A stretch of 64,000 bases of DNA, from the NCBI GenBank assembly GCA_963766395.1, contig CAVXZD010000006.1, forward strand, positions 39,355 to 103,354, read 5' to 3'. The translations under genes and the position numbers were made by a program. The notes under the pieces were generated by a model. It was not told the origin of the DNA, did no database searches, and worked only from the letters and a program-made list of their open reading frames with translations. Shown here one piece after another: positions 61,183-64,000 of the stretch (position 1 is the stretch's first letter; each line of letters opens with the position of its first letter). The stretch is from an uncultured Actinomycetes bacterium. GTDB lineage: Bacteria; Actinomycetota; Thermoleophilia; Gaiellales; Gaiellaceae.

Positions 61183-61313
61183 GGCCGAGCGTCCAGGACG
61201 CTGATTCTGCTCAGGGCGGCGCTCGCAGGAGAGCCGACCTACGGCTTCGGCTGCCAGGCGGGCTCGGAGTGGAAGAGATCCGGCTCGTCCGTCAGGGCCT
61301 GCTTGCCGATCCG

Positions 61314-62087
61314 TCACGGGTGAACGAGCATGACGTCACCGCGGTCGGCGATCGCGTAGGCGATCCAGCGGCTGTCCGGAGACCACGCGAGTCCCGCGGT
61401 CGAGCTCGGCACGTCGATCACCAGCTGCGCGCCTGTTCCGTTCGCCTTCATCGTCCAGAGATCGCCGTCGCGGTCGAAGGCGACGCTCTTGCCGTCCGGT
61501 GACCAAGACGGGGACGTCCCGGTCGCGATCCGCTTCTGCCCGTGGCCGTTCGGCTTCACCGTCCAGAGCGCGTTTGCACGCTCGAACATGATCAGCTTCC
61601 CGGAAGGCGACCACACAGGGTTGTTCTGGTACCGGGCGCCGCCGACGATCTTCTTCAGCCGCTGCCCGTTGCTACCGATGACGTAGACCGCGTAGTTCGT
61701 CCCGTGCTTCGCGGCCAGGTCGATGAACACGATCTGCTTGCCGTCGGGAGACCAGTTCGGCGCAAGAGTGTCGCCCTTCCCCCGGGCCAGCCGCTTCCGC
61801 TGTGTCCCGGCCGCCGACATCCGCCACAGCCCACCCGGAGCGACGTACGCGATGCGCGTTCCCTGCGGCGACCAGGCCGAGACGAGTGACGCGTCGTCGA
61901 ACTTCTCCTCGAAGATGAGCCGTTGCGCCGTCCCGTCGGGCCGGATCGTGTAGATCCCGGTCGTCCCGTCGCCGCAGCAGGTGCCGAACGAGACGAGGCC
62001 GTTCGTCAGCCCCCTCTTTCCGGCGGCGGCTTCGCCGAGCGGGAGCAGGACGGCGGACAGCACGAGCGCAAGGACGAGAAAACGCAT
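61314..62087 (-). CDS. secreted TolB-like beta-propeller (PD40/WD40-like repeat) protein
   Basis: Intact ORF with signal peptide MRFLVLALVLSAVLLPLGEAAA and repeated ..WSPDG/WSPQG/WSPSG/WSPDS.. propeller blades. Confidence 0.75.
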   Translation of the reverse strand: MRFLVLALVLSAVLLPLGEAAAGKRGLTNGLVSFGTCCGDGTTGIYTIRPDGTAQRLIFEEKFDDASLVSAWSPQGTRIAYVAPGGLWRMSAAGTQRKRLARGKGDTLAPNWSPDGKQIVFIDLAAKHGTNYAVYVIGSNGQRLKKIVGGARYQNNPVWSPSGKLIMFERANALWTVKPNGHGQKRIATGTSPSWSPDGKSVAFDRDGDLWTMKANGTGAQLVIDVPSSTAGLAWSPDSRWIAYAIADRGDVMLVHP

Positions 62088-62096
62088 GAGAAAACT

Positions 62097-63092
62097 CTAG
62101 AGATATCTGCTGCGCTTGAACCAGATCAGCAGCAGCAGGCAGGAGGCGAAGAGCGAGCCGATGCCCACAGCCCAGAACGCGGTAGCCGTGTCGATCTCGT
62201 CCACCAGCCAGCGGAAGTTCTGTCCGAAGAAGCCGGTGACGAAGGTCAGCGGCAGGAAGACGCTCGCGACGATCGTCAGCCGGCGGACGATGTCGTTCTG
62301 CCGCGCAGAGATCTGGTTCTGTCGGATGTTGATCAGCGACAGGTGTGCCTCCAGCACCGTCGTCAGCTGGTCGCGCTGGCCGAGCAGCTCCTCGTCGATC
62401 CTCCGGACGTGGTCGTTCAGGTCGCGGAAGTAGCGGAGCAGGCGCTGGTCGATCGGCGCGAACAGGCCGCGCTCGAGCGCGTCGAGGGGCGGGAGAAGCG
62501 GATGGACGGCGCGGTAGAAGTCGGTGATCTCCTGCTTCAGCTCGTAGATCCGCTCGGTCAGGTCCTCGCGCCCGGCGAAGATCGCCCGCTCGGTGTCCTC
62601 GATGTCACTCTCCAGGCCGTCGACCACGGGCTGGTAGTCGTCGACGACCACGTCGAGGATGGCCCAGACCGCGGCGGCCGGCCCCGTGCGCGCGAGATTC
62701 GGATAGCGCTCGAGATGCAGGCGCGCGCGCTCGTAGTCGCCTGCCTCGTCGTGGCGGACGGCGATCACGAAGCCGACGCCGAGGAAGAGGTCGAGCTCGC
62801 CGAAGATCACCTGCCGGTGCTCGGCGTCGTACTTGGCGGTGCGGTAGACGATGAAGTGGAAGTCGTCGTAGGCCTCGACCTTCGGCCGCTGGTGCGCGTG
62901 CGCGGCGTCCTCGACGGCGAGCTCGTGCAGTCCGAAGTGCTTGCTGACGTCGAGCATCAGCTCGGGGGAGGGATCGTCGAGCTCGATCCAGACGTAGCTC
63001 CCGCCATGCCGCGGGCGGGCGGCGGCTTCCTCGAGCGTCAGCTTCTCCGGCCGGCGTTCCCCGTGCTCGTAGTAGGCGCAGTCGACGATCAC
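62097..63092 (-). CDS. corA: CorA-family divalent cation transporter (GQN variant of the GMN motif)
   Basis: Intact ORF with the cytoplasmic funnel domain and two C-terminal TM helices: ..VFLPLTFVTGFFGQNF..FWAVGIGSLFASCLLLLIWF... GGA CAG AAC was verified at 62225-62217. Confidence 0.8.
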   Translation of the reverse strand: MIVDCAYYEHGERRPEKLTLEEAAARPRHGGSYVWIELDDPSPELMLDVSKHFGLHELAVEDAAHAHQRPKVEAYDDFHFIVYRTAKYDAEHRQVIFGELDLFLGVGFVIAVRHDEAGDYERARLHLERYPNLARTGPAAAVWAILDVVVDDYQPVVDGLESDIEDTERAIFAGREDLTERIYELKQEITDFYRAVHPLLPPLDALERGLFAPIDQRLLRYFRDLNDHVRRIDEELLGQRDQLTTVLEAHLSLINIRQNQISARQNDIVRRLTIVASVFLPLTFVTGFFGQNFRWLVDEIDTATAFWAVGIGSLFASCLLLLIWFKRSRYL

Positions 63093-63189
63093 GCTCCGAA
63101 ACTAGGCGCGCTAGCCGGACGTTTTGAGCTTTTCTTGAGCCGCTCGGCGGGACCCTTGTGAGCCGCTTGAGCGAGCCGGCCTAGCGTCG

Positions 63190-63628
63190 ATGCATGGCGA
63201 CAGTCGCCCGGCAGCGCGCTGCCAGCTCCCGCGTTCGTCGCGTACCGGCGGATTCTCGTCCCGATCGACGAGGCCGGCGTCGGCGGCCGTCGTTGACCGC
63301 GTGCGCGCTCGCCGTCGAGCACGGTGCGGTCGTCAGCGCGCTGGCCGTGATCGAGGTGCCGGCGGCCCTGCCGCTCGACGCGCACATGCCGGAGGACGGA
63401 GGCCAGGGAGAGGCTCGCGGTCGCGGAGGCGATCGGCGACCGGCACGGCGTGCGGGTCGAGCGCGTCGTCGTCCGGGCCCGCCGGGCCGGCGGAGGCGAT
63501 CGTCGCCGCGGCCGAGGAGCTCGACTCCGAGCTGATCGTCCTGCGCGCGCCGCGCGCTGGACAAGACGGCGAGGTACGTGCTGAAGCACGCGCGCTGCCG
63601 CGTCTTCTCTGCCTCGCCGCGGCCATGA
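63190..63628 (+). CDS. universal stress protein (UspA) family, apparent frameshifts
   Basis: ..YRRILVPIDEAG.., ..ALAVEHGAVVSALAVIEVPAALPLDAHMPED.., ..GEAIVAAAEELDSELIVL.. and ..ARYVLKHARCRVFSASPRP, read in at least 3 frames. The 5' end is approximate. Confidence 0.6.
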
Positions 63629-64000
63629 TCGAGCTCGCCCGCCCGAAGCGGCTCCTGATCGGCCGGCCGCGGCCGACGCGCGACCTCGAGCACACGCTCC
63701 TGCCGAAGTTCCTCGCGCTGCCGGTCTTCTCGTCCGACCCGATCTCCTCGGTCGCGTATGCGACCGAAGCGGCTCTCGCGGTCCTGGTCGCGAGCTCGCT
63801 GCTCGAGCGCGCACCTCGTCTTCCCGCTCTCGATCGCGATCTCGATCTTCATGGTCATCGTCGTCCTCTCGTACGTCCAGGGGGTCAAGGCCTACGCGTC
63901 AAGCGGCGGCTCGTACGTCTTCGCGAAGGAGAACCTCGGGACTCTGCCGGCGCTGGTGGCCGGCGCGTCGCTGATCGTCGACTACGTGCTGACCGTGGCC
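63625..64000 (+). CDS. APC-superfamily amino acid/polyamine permease, 5' part (runs off window), one apparent frameshift
   Basis: MIELARPKRLLIGRPRPTRDLEHTLLPKFLALPVFSSDPISSVAYATEAALAVLV.., then ..HLVFPLSIAISIFMVIVVLSYVQGVKAYASSGGSYVFAKENLGTLPALVAGASLIVDYVLTVA. Shift near 63800. ATGA overlap with the usp stop. Confidence 0.7.
   Translation, partial: MIELARPKRLLIGRPRPTRDLEHTLLPKFLALPVFSSDPISSVAYATEAALAVLVASSLLERAPRLPALDRDLDLHGHRRPLVRPGGQGLRVKRRLVRLREGEPRDSAGAGGRRVADRRLRADRG

Noticed and set aside
61183-61313. Possible bidirectional terminator between the convergent hypothetical gene and the TolB-like gene
   Set aside because: Only weak 5-6 bp stems (AGCGT/ACGCT, AGCCGA/TCGGCT) are present, with no U-tracts.
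63093-63189. Repeated GAGCCGCT and TTGAGC words and a near-palindrome CTAGGCGCGCTAG between corA and the usp gene, as possible operators
   Set aside because: The repeats are short (6-8 nt), imperfect and GC-rich, so chance occurrence is plausible in this composition. They are noted but there is not enough evidence to call a feature.

Overview
High-GC (about 70 percent) bacterial chromosome segment centred on the replication origin. gyrA-gyrB-DUF721(DciA-like)-recF-dnaN-dnaA lie on the minus strand and diverge from rpmH-rnpA-yidD-yidC-jag-rsmG-parA-parB on the plus strand. Flanking loci are housekeeping or envelope functions: a fabZ-fabH-fabD-fabG-fabF cluster, an NfeD/SPFH pair, a PBP1A plus membrane-glycosyltransferase locus, a two-component system with HtrA, a TreT+OtsA trehalose operon, and a roughly 9 kb tightly overlapped gene string moaC-mog-ubiA-ccmABCD-hemX-like-hemACD-DUF62-methyltransferase. 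There are two tRNAs (Ile-GAU, Phe-GAA). Gene content and style (MshD-like GNATs, TreT, DUF721 between recF and gyrB, pervasive ATGA/GTGA start-stop overlaps) suggest a deep-branching Actinomycetota lineage such as Thermoleophilia or Rubrobacteria; this is inference only. I saw no CRISPR array, transposase, integrase, prophage or recognisable defence genes, and almost no unexplained non-coding space, so I cannot support a claim of a new multi-gene system here. The dominant technical feature is roughly 80-90 apparent frameshifts that break nearly every long conserved gene, including gyrA, gyrB, dnaA and dnaN. These are most likely assembly indel errors, so many CDS boundaries below are approximate reconstructions across frames. 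The observations most worth follow-up are: a Bacillus-like DnaA-box/GC/DnaA-trio/AT-rich module in the dnaA-dnaN spacer; direct partial copies of each tRNA's own 5' half about 100-120 nt upstream of both tRNA genes; a ccmABCD set without ccmE-H in the window, fused into the heme operon; a GalT-like gene coupled to tandem atypical kinase-fold paralogs; and a parS-like palindrome upstream of htrA.
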